A DNA stretch of 28,907 bases, taken from positions 1-28,907 of the forward strand of contig JBBIML010000033.1 in NCBI GenBank assembly GCA_037444405.1, in the 5' to 3' direction. The stretch is from Armatimonadota bacterium (GTDB taxonomy: Bacteria; Armatimonadota; Fimbriimonadia; Fimbriimonadales; GBS-DC). A model generated the notes under the pieces. It worked only from the letters and a program-made list of their open reading frames with translations, made no database searches and was not told the DNA's origin. Positions 8,804 to 17,957 of the stretch are shown here, piece after piece (the stretch's first letter is position 1; each line of letters starts with the position of its first letter). The translations under genes were made by a program, and so were the position numbers.

Positions 8804-9616
8804 ATGCGCCTGTGCATTATCGGGCTGGGCGGCGTTGGCGCCTCCATCGGACTGGCTGCAAAAGCCAGCGTGGAGTTAGAAATAAGCGGCTACGATATCG
8901 ACCCCGACACGCTCGCCTCCGCGCTGGCGCAGGGCGTGATTGACCGCCCCTGCAAGACGCTTCAGGCGTGTGCTGACGCCGACCTGATTGTGCTGGCGAC
9001 CCCACCCGGCGCGATACCCGATTGCCTTCAGGCGCTGGCGCCCCATCTGAAACCTGCCACCGTGCTGACCGATGTGGCAAGCGTGAAAGCGCCCGTGCTG
9101 GCGTGGGCGCAGGCGAGCCTGCCCTATCCAGAACGGTTTGTGGGCGGGCACCCGATTGCGGGCACGGAGCGGAGCGGGTTGCACGCCGCGCGAGCCGACC
9201 TGTTCAGAGACGCGGTGTGGGTGCTAACGCCCGCCGAGCGCACCGATGCCGACGCCCTCCAGCAGGTGGAAGCGTTCGTGCGCCAGCTAAAGGCAAACCC
9301 CCTGCGGATGGACGCCCTTCAGCACGACCGCGAGTTTGCATTGCTCAGCTTCCTGCCGCACTGTGTCGCGTTCAGCCTGATGGCGTTGCAAAAAGAGAAT
9401 CCCACCCAGCTGTCGGGCGGCAGCAGCTGGCGCGACGCCACGCGCGTGGCTGGTAGTGACCCCGCGCTCTGGGCGGAACTGCTGATGCTCAATCGCGACG
9501 CGCTGTCGCCCCTCCTGCAACGCCTGCAAACGCACCTGCAACAAATCCACGAATGGCTTCAGCAGGGCGACATCACCGCCCTGCAGGCATTTCTGAAGCG
9601 GCACCGTCGGGTATAG
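8804..9616 (+). CDS. tyrA: Prephenate/arogenate dehydrogenase
   Basis: IIGLGGVGAS, TDVASVK, FVGGHPIAGTE, SFLPH, RDATRVAGSDPALW. Confidence 0.92.
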   Translation: MRLCIIGLGGVGASIGLAAKASVELEISGYDIDPDTLASALAQGVIDRPCKTLQACADADLIVLATPPGAIPDCLQALAPHLKPATVLTDVASVKAPVLAWAQASLPYPERFVGGHPIAGTERSGLHAARADLFRDAVWVLTPAERTDADALQQVEAFVRQLKANPLRMDALQHDREFALLSFLPHCVAFSLMALQKENPTQLSGGSSWRDATRVAGSDPALWAELLMLNRDALSPLLQRLQTHLQQIHEWLQQGDITALQAFLKRHRRV

Positions 9617-9637
9617 TGAAAGCGTGGAGGTGAACCG

Positions 9638-10738
9638 ATGCGACATTTCGGATGGAGTCTCGGTCTGCTGCTGTGCCTGATGCCCGCGCTGTGGGCACAG
9701 ACAACGCTCAAAGAGGGCGATAAGGCGCCCCCGCTCAAAGTCGCCCGCTGGATCAAGGGCAACCCGGTACAACGATTCGAACCCGGCAGGGTCTATGTGG
9801 TCGAGTTCTGGGCGACCTGGTGCGGTCCCTGCCGCCAGTCGATTCCCCACCTGACGGAACTCGCCAGAAAGTTCGCGGGCAAGGTGACCTTTGTGGGCGT
9901 CAGCATCTGGGAGAATCCGCGAGGCAACACCCGCGACGACTACATCCCGCGCGTGGAGCAGTTCGTGCGCGAGATGGGCGAGAAGATGGACTACACCGTC
10001 GCGGTGGACGACCCGCAGGGCACGATGGCACGCACATGGATGACCGCCGCCGGTCAGAACGGCATCCCCACCGCATTTGTAGTTGACCAGCACGGGCGCA
10101 TCGTGTGGATTGGACACCCGATGGCGGAGCTGGAGCAGGTGCTGGAGCAGGTCATCGCGGGACGGTTCAACTGGCAAAAAGTTGCAAAGGAGCGCCAGGC
10201 ACGCGAGCGCGATGAAGCTGCGGTGGATCAACTCATGCGGCGCGTGGAGAATCTGCGCCAGCAGAAGAAGTACGCCGACGCGCTGAAGGAGCTCCAGCAA
10301 GCCGAACAGCGCTACCCCGCCTACAAAACGGCGCTGGCACTCACACGCTACGAGATTCTGCTCTATGTGGATGAGCCGAAAGCCTATGCGCTGGCACGGC
10401 AGCTGGCAAACAACGAGTTCAAAAACAATCCCGGCGCGCTCAACATGCTGGCGTGGAGCATCGTGGAGGACAACACCGAGCGACCGCTCAAGTCGCCCGA
10501 CTATGCGCTCGCCGTCGAAATCGCCCAACGCGCCGTGCAACTGACGAACGAGAAGGACCCGTTCATTCTGGATACGCTCGCCTACGCGCTGTTCAAGCAG
10601 GGCAAAGTGGAGGAGGCGATTCGCTATCAGGAGAAGGCGGTCGCCCTGCTGAAGGAGCAGAGCGGTATACCCGATGAACTCAAGCGCGAGATCGAGGAAC
10701 GACTCGCCAGGTTCCGCCAGGCGCAACAGAAGCCGTGA
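9638..10738 (+). CDS. Exported TlpA-like thioredoxin/redoxin with C-terminal TPR-like helices
   Basis: Signal peptide, [50 protein letters not shown]. Confidence 0.9.
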   Translation: MRHFGWSLGLLLCLMPALWAQTTLKEGDKAPPLKVARWIKGNPVQRFEPGRVYVVEFWATWCGPCRQSIPHLTELARKFAGKVTFVGVSIWENPRGNTRDDYIPRVEQFVREMGEKMDYTVAVDDPQGTMARTWMTAAGQNGIPTAFVVDQHGRIVWIGHPMAELEQVLEQVIAGRFNWQKVAKERQARERDEAAVDQLMRRVENLRQQKKYADALKELQQAEQRYPAYKTALALTRYEILLYVDEPKAYALARQLANNEFKNNPGALNMLAWSIVEDNTERPLKSPDYALAVEIAQRAVQLTNEKDPFILDTLAYALFKQGKVEEAIRYQEKAVALLKEQSGIPDELKREIEERLARFRQAQQKP

Positions 10739-10758
10739 GTCGAGCTGAGGCGTGAGCG

Positions 10759-12750
10759 ATGGAGACCCATCTACTACCGACGGAGAAGGTTCTGCTGATT
10801 CTGGGTCTGCCATTTGCAGGCTTTCTGTTCCACGCACTGTTCGGCGGGGCGCTCATCCGCTGGCTGGGCGCCCGCGCCGGCAAATGGCTGGTGGGCGCAG
10901 TCGGCACGGGCGTGGTGTTCGCCGCCTTCGGGTTCAGCCTGCAACTTTTGCAGGCGCTCCTGAAGCTGCCCGAAGAATCGCGCAAAGCCATCCACACCCT
11001 TGCCGACTGGCTCACCGTCGGACAGCTCAGGGTTCCGTTTGAGTTCGTTATTGACCCGCTTTCGGTGCTGATGTGCCTGATTGTGTCGGGCATCGGTGGG
11101 CTGATCCACCTTTACGCGACGGGCTACATGGCAGAGGACGAAGACTATCCGCGCTTTTTCACCTATTTCAACCTGTTCATCTTTTTTATGCTGGTGCTGG
11201 TGCTGGCGGGCAACTTTCTGGTAATGTTCATTGGCTGGGAGGGCGTGGGGCTGTGCAGCTATCTGCTGATTGGCTACTTTTATCGAAGCGCGGAGTGGAA
11301 ATACAACACCGATTCGGCGAACAAGGCGTTTATTGTGAACCGTATTGGTGATCTGGGCTTTCTGCTGGCGATGTTTATTATCGCGGTTCAGTTTGGCACG
11401 CTGTCGTTTGAGCAGGTGAATGCGCGGGCGGAGGCGGTGCTGGGCGTGGGCACGGGGCTGGCGACGACGGTGGCGCTGCTACTGTTTCTGGCAGCGACGG
11501 GCAAATCGGCGCAGTTGCCGCTCTATTTCTGGCTCCCTGACGCGATGGCGGGTCCGACGCCCGTCTCCGCGCTGATTCACGCGGCGACGATGGTCACGGC
11601 GGGCGTCTATCTGTTCACGCGGGTGCATCCGCTGTTTGTGATCGCGCCCGATGCGATGCTAATGGTCGCATTAGTGGGCGCGTTCACAGCGATTTTTGCT
11701 GCCAGCGTCGCGCTGGGTCAGACCGACATCAAGCGCGTGCTGGCGTTCTCCACCGTCAGCCAGCTGGGCTATATGTTTCTGGCGTGTGGGGTGGGTGCGT
11801 TCTGGGTTGGGATGTTTCATGTGGCAACGCATGCGTTTTTCAAGGCGCTGCTCTTTCTGGGCGCAGGGTCGGTGCTGATCGCGCTCCATCATCGGGGCGA
11901 TATTCGGGAGATGGGCGGTCTGCGCCGCTACCTGCCCCTGACGGCTGCGACGATGGTGGTCGGCTTGCTGGCAATCAGCGGCTTCCCGCCCTTTTCGGGC
12001 TACTGGTCGAAAGAGGCGATTCTGTTGAGCGCGTATCGGGGCGGCGAGTCTGTGCTGTTCTGGATAGGCATCGGCACGGCGTTTCTGACCGCGCTCTACA
12101 TGACGCGGCTGGTGTGGCTGGTCTTTTTTGCGCCACCGACCGCTGAGATTCAACACCATCCGCCGGAGCGGGAGCGATACTGGGTGGTGCTGGGCGTGCT
12201 GATTGTGCTGGCGGCAGGTTCGTTGCTGTTCGGCTGGCTGTTGCCGGGCGAGCATGCAATTCATGAGTTTCTGAAGCCGTCGGTGGGGCTGACCACTGGC
12301 TCTGGGATGGAGGGCGCGGGGACTGGATTTGGGGTTGAGGGCGCGGGGACTGGATTTGGGGTTGAGGGCGCGGGAACCGCGCCCGTACAGGTGTCTGCGC
12401 TGCTGGCGGCATTTCTGGGGCTGGCGCTGGGCATCGCGCGCTATCGGTCGGGCATGCCCGCAAAGGAGACGCAGTTGCAGGGGCTGTGGGGCGTGCTGTA
12501 TCGGCAGTGGGGCTACGATGGGGCGATGCGCTGGCTGGGCGTTCAGTTCGGCGGGGTGTGGGCGTGGATTGTCGGCGTGCTGATTGAGGGGCTTATTGAC
12601 GGTGTGGTTGATGTGGTTGGATTGCTGACGCGGGAGCTGGGTGGCGTGGTGCGCCGGCTGCAGAGCGGTTCGGTGCGCGTGTATGCGCTGGTGATGATGC
12701 TGGGCGTGTTTCTGCTGCTGATTGCCGCGTTCGTGTATGGGTGGCGATAG
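10759..12750 (+). CDS. nuoL: NADH-quinone oxidoreductase subunit L
   Basis: GWEGVGLCSYLLIG, KAFIVNRIGD, GKSAQLPL.WLPDAMAGPTPVSALIHAATMV, STVSQLGYM, THAFFKALLFLGAG, C-terminal RRLQSG..RVY. Confidence 0.93.
   Translation: METHLLPTEKVLLILGLPFAGFLFHALFGGALIRWLGARAGKWLVGAVGTGVVFAAFGFSLQLLQALLKLPEESRKAIHTLADWLTVGQLRVPFEFVIDPLSVLMCLIVSGIGGLIHLYATGYMAEDEDYPRFFTYFNLFIFFMLVLVLAGNFLVMFIGWEGVGLCSYLLIGYFYRSAEWKYNTDSANKAFIVNRIGDLGFLLAMFIIAVQFGTLSFEQVNARAEAVLGVGTGLATTVALLLFLAATGKSAQLPLYFWLPDAMAGPTPVSALIHAATMVTAGVYLFTRVHPLFVIAPDAMLMVALVGAFTAIFAASVALGQTDIKRVLAFSTVSQLGYMFLACGVGAFWVGMFHVATHAFFKALLFLGAGSVLIALHHRGDIREMGGLRRYLPLTAATMVVGLLAISGFPPFSGYWSKEAILLSAYRGGESVLFWIGIGTAFLTALYMTRLVWLVFFAPPTAEIQHHPPERERYWVVLGVLIVLAAGSLLFGWLLPGEHAIHEFLKPSVGLTTGSGMEGAGTGFGVEGAGTGFGVEGAGTAPVQVSALLAAFLGLALGIARYRSGMPAKETQLQGLWGVLYRQWGYDGAMRWLGVQFGGVWAWIVGVLIEGLIDGVVDVVGLLTRELGGVVRRLQSGSVRVYALVMMLGVFLLLIAAFVYGWR
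12310..12374 (+). repeat. 27-bp tandem repeat (2.4 copies) inside nuoL encoding EGAGTGFGV
   Basis: gagggcgcggggactggatttggggtt at 12310 and 12337, with a partial copy at 12364. Confidence 0.92.
12366..12388. repeat. REP-like palindrome inside nuoL
   Basis: GGGCGCGG-GAA-CCGCGCCC-GTAC; same stem as the 18111-18137 element. Confidence 0.65.
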
Positions 12751-12759
12751 TCGGCTGAA

Positions 12760-12798
12760 GTAGCAAGCGCATCTTGCGCCTGGGCGGGGCGCCCAGGC
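12760..12798. repeat. Intergenic overlapping hairpins, GTAG-led (REP-like or terminator-like)
   Basis: GTAG-CAAGCGCA-TCT-TGCGCCTG (7 of 8 pairs) overlaps the perfect hairpin GCCTGGGCG-GGG-CGCCCAGGC. Confidence 0.45.
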
Positions 12799-12827
12799 CA
12801 TGAGAGCGGGCGACAGGAGGCGGTTCG

Positions 12828-13940
12828 GTGCATGAGGCGTGGCTGATTCTGCCGGGTTTGATGCTGCTGATAGCGGGCGGCGAATGGCTCGTGCGGGGCG
12901 CGTCGCGACTGGCGGCGGCGCTGGGCGTGCCGCCGATTGTCATCGGGTTAAGCGTGGTCGCGTTCGGCACCAGCGTGCCTGAGCTGGCGGTTTCCACCCT
13001 TTCCGCCTTTCGCGGGCAAGTCGATATCGCCGTCGGCAATGTGGTCGGCAGCAACATCGTGAATATCCTGCTGATTCTGGGGCTGTCGGCGGCGGTGGCG
13101 CCGCTCACCGTGCATCTGCGCCTGATCAAGTTTGAAGTGCCCTTTATGATAGGCGTGAGCCTACTTTTTCTGGCGCTGGGGTACGATGGTTATCTCTCGC
13201 GCACCGATGGATTGGTGCTGGTAGCTCTTTTCGGAGGCTACCTTTACTGGATGGCGCGCACGGCGCGTGAGGAGCCTGTGCTGGAGGCGGAGCTGTCCGA
13301 ATATGAGGAGCTGGTTCAGCCGATAAAGCCTTCGGTGAAAGCGTTCGTTTTCATGGGGCTGCTGATCGTGGGCGGGCTGGTGGGGCTGGTGCTGGGATCG
13401 GAGTGGTTGATTCGGGGCGCAGTGAGCCTTGCCCGCGCACTGGGCGTGAGCGAGCTGGTGATCGGATTGACCATCGTGGCAGCGGGCACATCGCTGCCTG
13501 AGCTGGCAACTTCGGTGATTGCCAGCCTGCGCGGCGAGCGCGACATCTCCGTCGGCAATGTGGTCGGCAGCAACATCTTCAACATTCTGTCGGTGCTGGG
13601 ACTCAGCACCACTGTGTCGCCGAAGGGGTTAACGGTCTCGCCCGCTGTGCTGAACTTCGATGGCTGGGTGATGCTCGCGGTCGCAACCGCCTGCTTTCCT
13701 GTCTTCTTCAACGGTTTTGAGATCAAGCGCTGGGAGGGGTTGCTCTTTGTGGGCTACTATATCGCCTATGTCGCCTATCTGGTGCTGAAGGCGACGGAGC
13801 ATGACACGCTCCCGCTGTTCAGCACGGTGATGCTAATGTTCGTTCTGCCACTCACCGCGCTGACGCTACTGACCTCACTGATTTTCGCGTGGCGTCGGCA
13901 GCGGGGCGTGCTTTCGGGCAGGGAAACGAACCACCCATAG
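12828..13940 (+). CDS. Calcium/sodium antiporter (YrbG-like, CaCA family)
   Basis: Duplicated alpha repeats GTSVPEL...GNVVGSNIVN and GTSLPEL...GNVVGSNIFN. Confidence 0.93.
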   Translation: MHEAWLILPGLMLLIAGGEWLVRGASRLAAALGVPPIVIGLSVVAFGTSVPELAVSTLSAFRGQVDIAVGNVVGSNIVNILLILGLSAAVAPLTVHLRLIKFEVPFMIGVSLLFLALGYDGYLSRTDGLVLVALFGGYLYWMARTAREEPVLEAELSEYEELVQPIKPSVKAFVFMGLLIVGGLVGLVLGSEWLIRGAVSLARALGVSELVIGLTIVAAGTSLPELATSVIASLRGERDISVGNVVGSNIFNILSVLGLSTTVSPKGLTVSPAVLNFDGWVMLAVATACFPVFFNGFEIKRWEGLLFVGYYIAYVAYLVLKATEHDTLPLFSTVMLMFVLPLTALTLLTSLIFAWRRQRGVLSGRETNHP

Positions 13941-13955
13941 CGAAAGAGGAAGCTG

Positions 13956-15191
13956 ATGAGGACACGCAAACCATCCCTGAAGGCGTTGCAGGCGCAGATT
14001 GCCGAGCTGGAGCAGAAGGTTCAGCGGTATCAGACCTTCCTTCAGCTTGCCTACGAGGGCATCTGGTGCTACGAATCGGAGCGACCCATCCCGATTGACC
14101 TGCCGCTGGGCGAGCAGGTTGAGTGGATGTGGCGCTACGGCTATCTGGCGGAGTGCAATCCTGCCTATGCCCGCATGTATGGCTATGATGATCCTGCGCA
14201 GATTATCGGCACACGCCTGAGCGACCGCCTGGTGGCAGGGCATCCGCTGAACGAGGCGATGCTACGCCAGTTCGTGCAGAACGGTTATCGCCTGGAGAAT
14301 GTGGAGACGGTCGAACTGGATCGGGACGGCAGGGAGCGACGGTTTCTGAACAGCGCGGTGGGCATCGTGGAGAACGGGTATCTCGTGCGGGCGTGGGGCG
14401 TGCAGACCGACATCACGGAGCAGCGTCGCCTGCAGGAGGAGCTGGCGGCAGTTCAGCGGCTGGAGAGCATCGGGCGGCTGGCGGGCGGTGTGGTGCACGA
14501 TTCCAATAATCTGCTCACGGCGATTATGGGCTATGCGGAACTGGCGCTGGAACACACGGGCGACGAGCGCGTGCGCCGCTATCTGGAGGGCATCATCAAG
14601 GCGAGCGAGCGCGCTGCCGGGCTGGTGCGCCAGCTGCTGGCTTACGCCCGCCGCCAGATCGCACAGCCGGTGCCCCTCGATATCGCCCGCTGGCTGACCG
14701 AGATCAGCGACATGCTCCAGCGACTGCTGCCCGACAATATTCGCCTGATGCTCGATATCGAGCCGAGGGTGGGCACACTCTACGCCGACCCTGACCAGAT
14801 GACACAGATATTGCTGAACCTGGTGACCAACGCGCGGGATGCGATGCCAAAAGGGGGTGTGCTGACCATTCGCCTGTACCGCCGCCAGCGCTGCTACTGC
14901 GAAAGCGAAGATGCCAGCAACGGTAGCGGTCCGGCGCGAGTGATGCTGGAGGTGGTGGACACGGGTAGCGGCATCCCGCCCGAAGTGCTGCCCCATATCT
15001 TTGAGCCGTTTTTCACCACCAAGCCGTTCGGACAGGGCACAGGGCTGGGGCTGGCGGCTGTGCATGGCATCGTTCAGCAGATGGGCGGGCACATCCATGT
15101 GGAAACGGAGCTGGGCAAGGGCACGCGCTTTATCCTCTGCTTCCTGCAACGCACGCCCAGCGGACGCAAAACAACTACAAAAGAGGTATAA
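13956..15191 (+). CDS. PAS-domain sensor histidine kinase (CckA-like core, no receiver)
   Basis: PAS/PAC ending GVQTDITE, H-box GVVHDSNNLL, N-box NLVTNARDAM, DTGSGI, IFEPFFTTK, GTGLGL. Confidence 0.92.
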   Translation: MRTRKPSLKALQAQIAELEQKVQRYQTFLQLAYEGIWCYESERPIPIDLPLGEQVEWMWRYGYLAECNPAYARMYGYDDPAQIIGTRLSDRLVAGHPLNEAMLRQFVQNGYRLENVETVELDRDGRERRFLNSAVGIVENGYLVRAWGVQTDITEQRRLQEELAAVQRLESIGRLAGGVVHDSNNLLTAIMGYAELALEHTGDERVRRYLEGIIKASERAAGLVRQLLAYARRQIAQPVPLDIARWLTEISDMLQRLLPDNIRLMLDIEPRVGTLYADPDQMTQILLNLVTNARDAMPKGGVLTIRLYRRQRCYCESEDASNGSGPARVMLEVVDTGSGIPPEVLPHIFEPFFTTKPFGQGTGLGLAAVHGIVQQMGGHIHVETELGKGTRFILCFLQRTPSGRKTTTKEV

Positions 15192-15193
15192 TA

Positions 15194-16129
15194 ATGTTAG
15201 CGAGGCGACGGATGAACAATACAGGGTTTGCCGCGATCCAGATGGCGTATAAGCTGGACGATTACAGCAGTCGGGAGGCGTTTCGCAAGCGTGTGCTGGA
15301 GCTGACCAGCGCGGCTCGCCAGCGCGTGCCGCAGAAGCCGCTGCTGGTCGTCTTCCCCGAAGATGTGGGGCTGGGACTGCTGTTTACCCAGGATTTTGAG
15401 CGGGTGCGTACCAGCAAGACGATGGTGGAGGCGGGCGCACGCCTGATGGAAAAGTATCGCATCAGCCCTTACAACGACCGCGAGCTGGGACGGCAGCCAA
15501 ACGCCTTCGCGACCGCCGTGCGCAAACTGCTGGTGCATCTCAGCCCCTTTGTGGAGCGGGTCTATCACGAAACCTTTTCGGAGGCGGCACGCACCTATCG
15601 CTGCTATCTGGTGGCGGGCAGTGCGCCCATCGCCAGCGGCGACTGCGTGTTCAACACCTGCTATGTGTACAATCCATCGGGCGAGCGGATTCTCATTCAG
15701 CGCAAGGTGAACCTTGTGCCGCTGGAGCAGGAGCCGGGACTGAACCTGTGCCCTGCACCACGCGACCAGCTCGAACCGTTTGAGACCCCTGCTGGCAAGG
15801 CGGGTGTGCTGATCTGCTACGACGCCTTCTTCCACGAGCTGGTGGACGCACTGGTCAAACGAGGCGTGCCCATCATCACCCAGCCCTCCTTTAACCCGCT
15901 GCCCTGGACCAGAGAACAGCGCGAATCGTGGGAGAGCGGCTTGCTCGCCGCCGCACAGCGACATCCCCAGCTGATAGGCGTCAACCCGATGGGCGTGGGA
16001 CAACTGTTCGATGTGTCCGCCGAAGGTGTGTCGTCCATCGTGGCACACAGGGAGCGCACGCCCGACGGCACAGGCTACCTCGCCCGCGCCAGAAGCCACA
16101 CCAGCGAGGAGATCGTTGTCTATCCCTGA
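15194..16129 (+). CDS. Carbon-nitrogen hydrolase (nitrilase) family protein
   Basis: Glu-Lys-Cys triad motifs VFPE, RKVNL, ICYD. The true start may be ATG 15212. Confidence 0.88.
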   Translation: MLARRRMNNTGFAAIQMAYKLDDYSSREAFRKRVLELTSAARQRVPQKPLLVVFPEDVGLGLLFTQDFERVRTSKTMVEAGARLMEKYRISPYNDRELGRQPNAFATAVRKLLVHLSPFVERVYHETFSEAARTYRCYLVAGSAPIASGDCVFNTCYVYNPSGERILIQRKVNLVPLEQEPGLNLCPAPRDQLEPFETPAGKAGVLICYDAFFHELVDALVKRGVPIITQPSFNPLPWTREQRESWESGLLAAAQRHPQLIGVNPMGVGQLFDVSAEGVSSIVAHRERTPDGTGYLARARSHTSEEIVVYP

Positions 16130-16144
16130 TGCTCGGAACAGAGG

Positions 16145-16150
16145 TATAAT
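16145..16150 (+). promoter_or_regulatory. -10 box TATAAT upstream of the TPR gene
   Basis: GAGGTATAAT in the intergenic gap, followed by an AGGAGG RBS. Confidence 0.55.
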
Positions 16151-16191
16151 CCAGTCAGTCAAAACACCACAGAATCAGGAGGGAACCTCGA

Positions 16192-17658
16192 ATGCGGGCT
16201 AATGTCTGTGGTTGGAGCGCTGCGATTCTGTTGCTGATGGGCAGCCTGACGTTCCCGATTGTCGGGCACACGCAGGAGCCTGCCGTTGACGAGAAGCCGA
16301 TCAGTGTCGGCGAAGCAATCAAGTTAGCCAATCAGGGCAAGATTCAGGAGGCAATTGAGGCGTTTGAGGCGCTCTATCAGCGGGCGCCACAGAACAAGAC
16401 GGTCGCCAACTGGCTCGGCTATCTCTATTTGAAAGCGGGCAAGCCTGCCGAAGCGGTGCCCGTGCTGGAGAAGGCGGTGCAACTTACTCCTAACAGCGCG
16501 GAAGCCTGGAACAATCTCGGTAATGCCTACCTGCACACGGGTCAAATCGAGAAAGCCATTAACGCCTATAAAAAGACGCTGGAACTCAAGCCGAACTCCG
16601 CCGATGCGCACTACAATATTGCCAACCTGTACACCAAAACGAAGCAGTACCAGCTGGCGATCCAGCATTATCAGCAGGCGATTAAGCTCCAGCCGCGCGA
16701 TGCGAACGCCTATAACAATCTGGGCTATGTGTATCAGATGCAGCGGTTGCCCAGCCGTGCGCTGGAGATGTATCGCAAGGCGGTTGAGCTGGAGCCGGGC
16801 AATCACACCTTCCGTTATAACTACGCGCTGGCGCTGGCGGAGCTGGGACGCTTCAAGGAGGCGGCGACGGAGCTGGAGCGCGTGATGCCGAAACAGCCCA
16901 ACGATCCGGCAGGCTGGCTCAAGCTCGCCGAGTGCTACACGCGCACCAACCAGGCGCCGAAGGCAATCCAGACCCTGCAGAAGGCGATTTCGCTCAATCC
17001 CAGCCAGTCCGATCTGCACTATAATCTGGGCGTGCTGTACCTACAGCGGGGCGACCTGACCGCCGCGGCGAACGCCCTGCAGAACGCGCTGAACCTGCGC
17101 CCGGACGACACCGACGCGCTGGCACAGCTCGGCTTCGTCTACCTGCGCCAGCGACGGCTCGACGACGCCATCGCCACGCTGGAGACCGCTTTAGAGCGCA
17201 ACCCGAAACTGAACAGCGCCCGCCTCAATCTGGCAACCGCCAAACGGCTCAAGGGTCAGAAAGAGGAGGCGATGCGCCTCTATCAGCAGGTGCTGGCGGC
17301 GAACCCCCAGCAGTTCGAAGCGCGGCTCGCGCTGGGCGACCTGCTGATGGAATCGGGCGACCTCAAAGGCGCCGAAGCCCAGTATCGCACCGCGATTCAA
17401 ATCAACGACCGCTCCGATGTCGCCTGGAACAATCTGGGACTGGTGCTGCTGCGCACCAATCGCGTTGAAGAAGCCATCAAAGCGCTGGAGAAGGCGGTGA
17501 GCCTGAACCCGAAATCGCCCGCTGCGCTCAATAACCTCGGCGCCGCCTATGAACGCAAAGGCAACATCGCTAAAGCCAAAACGATGTATCGTCAGGCGCT
17601 CGCCCTCGACGCCCGCTTCGAAGAAGCTCGCGCCAACCTGAAACGGCTGGGTGAGTGA
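16192..17658 (+). CDS. Exported tetratricopeptide repeat protein
   Basis: Signal peptide followed by about 13 TPRs (AWNNLGNAY, AYNNLGYVY, ALNNLGAAY). Confidence 0.92.
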   Translation: MRANVCGWSAAILLLMGSLTFPIVGHTQEPAVDEKPISVGEAIKLANQGKIQEAIEAFEALYQRAPQNKTVANWLGYLYLKAGKPAEAVPVLEKAVQLTPNSAEAWNNLGNAYLHTGQIEKAINAYKKTLELKPNSADAHYNIANLYTKTKQYQLAIQHYQQAIKLQPRDANAYNNLGYVYQMQRLPSRALEMYRKAVELEPGNHTFRYNYALALAELGRFKEAATELERVMPKQPNDPAGWLKLAECYTRTNQAPKAIQTLQKAISLNPSQSDLHYNLGVLYLQRGDLTAAANALQNALNLRPDDTDALAQLGFVYLRQRRLDDAIATLETALERNPKLNSARLNLATAKRLKGQKEEAMRLYQQVLAANPQQFEARLALGDLLMESGDLKGAEAQYRTAIQINDRSDVAWNNLGLVLLRTNRVEEAIKALEKAVSLNPKSPAALNNLGAAYERKGNIAKAKTMYRQALALDARFEEARANLKRLGE

Positions 17659-17689
17659 AGTAAACTCCTGGCAAGGGGTGATTGCGAAT

Positions 17690-17945
17690 GAGCCGAACCG
17701 CCTGCCGCACCTGCTCGCCCTCCCGTTGAGATCGGTGGGCTTATCAACCGCCATGTGTCGTATCGCCTGGCACGCGCGTTGTTCAACCGTCCATCACCAA
17801 CAACACTGGGCGCACTCTTCGCAACCTTCGGATTACTCGCTTGAGTCTGGACGGTAACCCGCCAGTCGGGATTCGGTTGCCGTTGCGGGTGCGCTCGCTG
17901 GCGCCAGGTGCTTCCCACACGATTAGACGGTGGGGATGTGCAGGG
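17690..17945 (+). pseudogene. Eroded fragment of a CDP-alcohol phosphatidyltransferase-like gene
   Basis: One frame reads LINRHVSYRLARALFNRP...ATFGLLA*VW...LDGGD and another contributes VAVAGAL. This resembles the NR..S....R....TPN...DG.DG pattern, broken by a stop and frameshifts. Confidence 0.4.
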
Positions 17946-17957
17946 GATTGACAATCA

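Noticed and set aside
8797..8804. A8 tract between accA and tyrA as a phase-variation site
   Set aside because: It is an intergenic spacer between stop and start, so a length change would not shift any frame.
12310..12374. CRISPR-like repeat
   Set aside because: Head-to-tail repeats with no spacers, lying in frame inside nuoL.
10759..12750. DabB/MrpA call for the orphan NuoL-like gene near accDA
   Set aside because: It has full NuoL motifs and C-terminal helix, and no dabA or mrp genes are adjacent.
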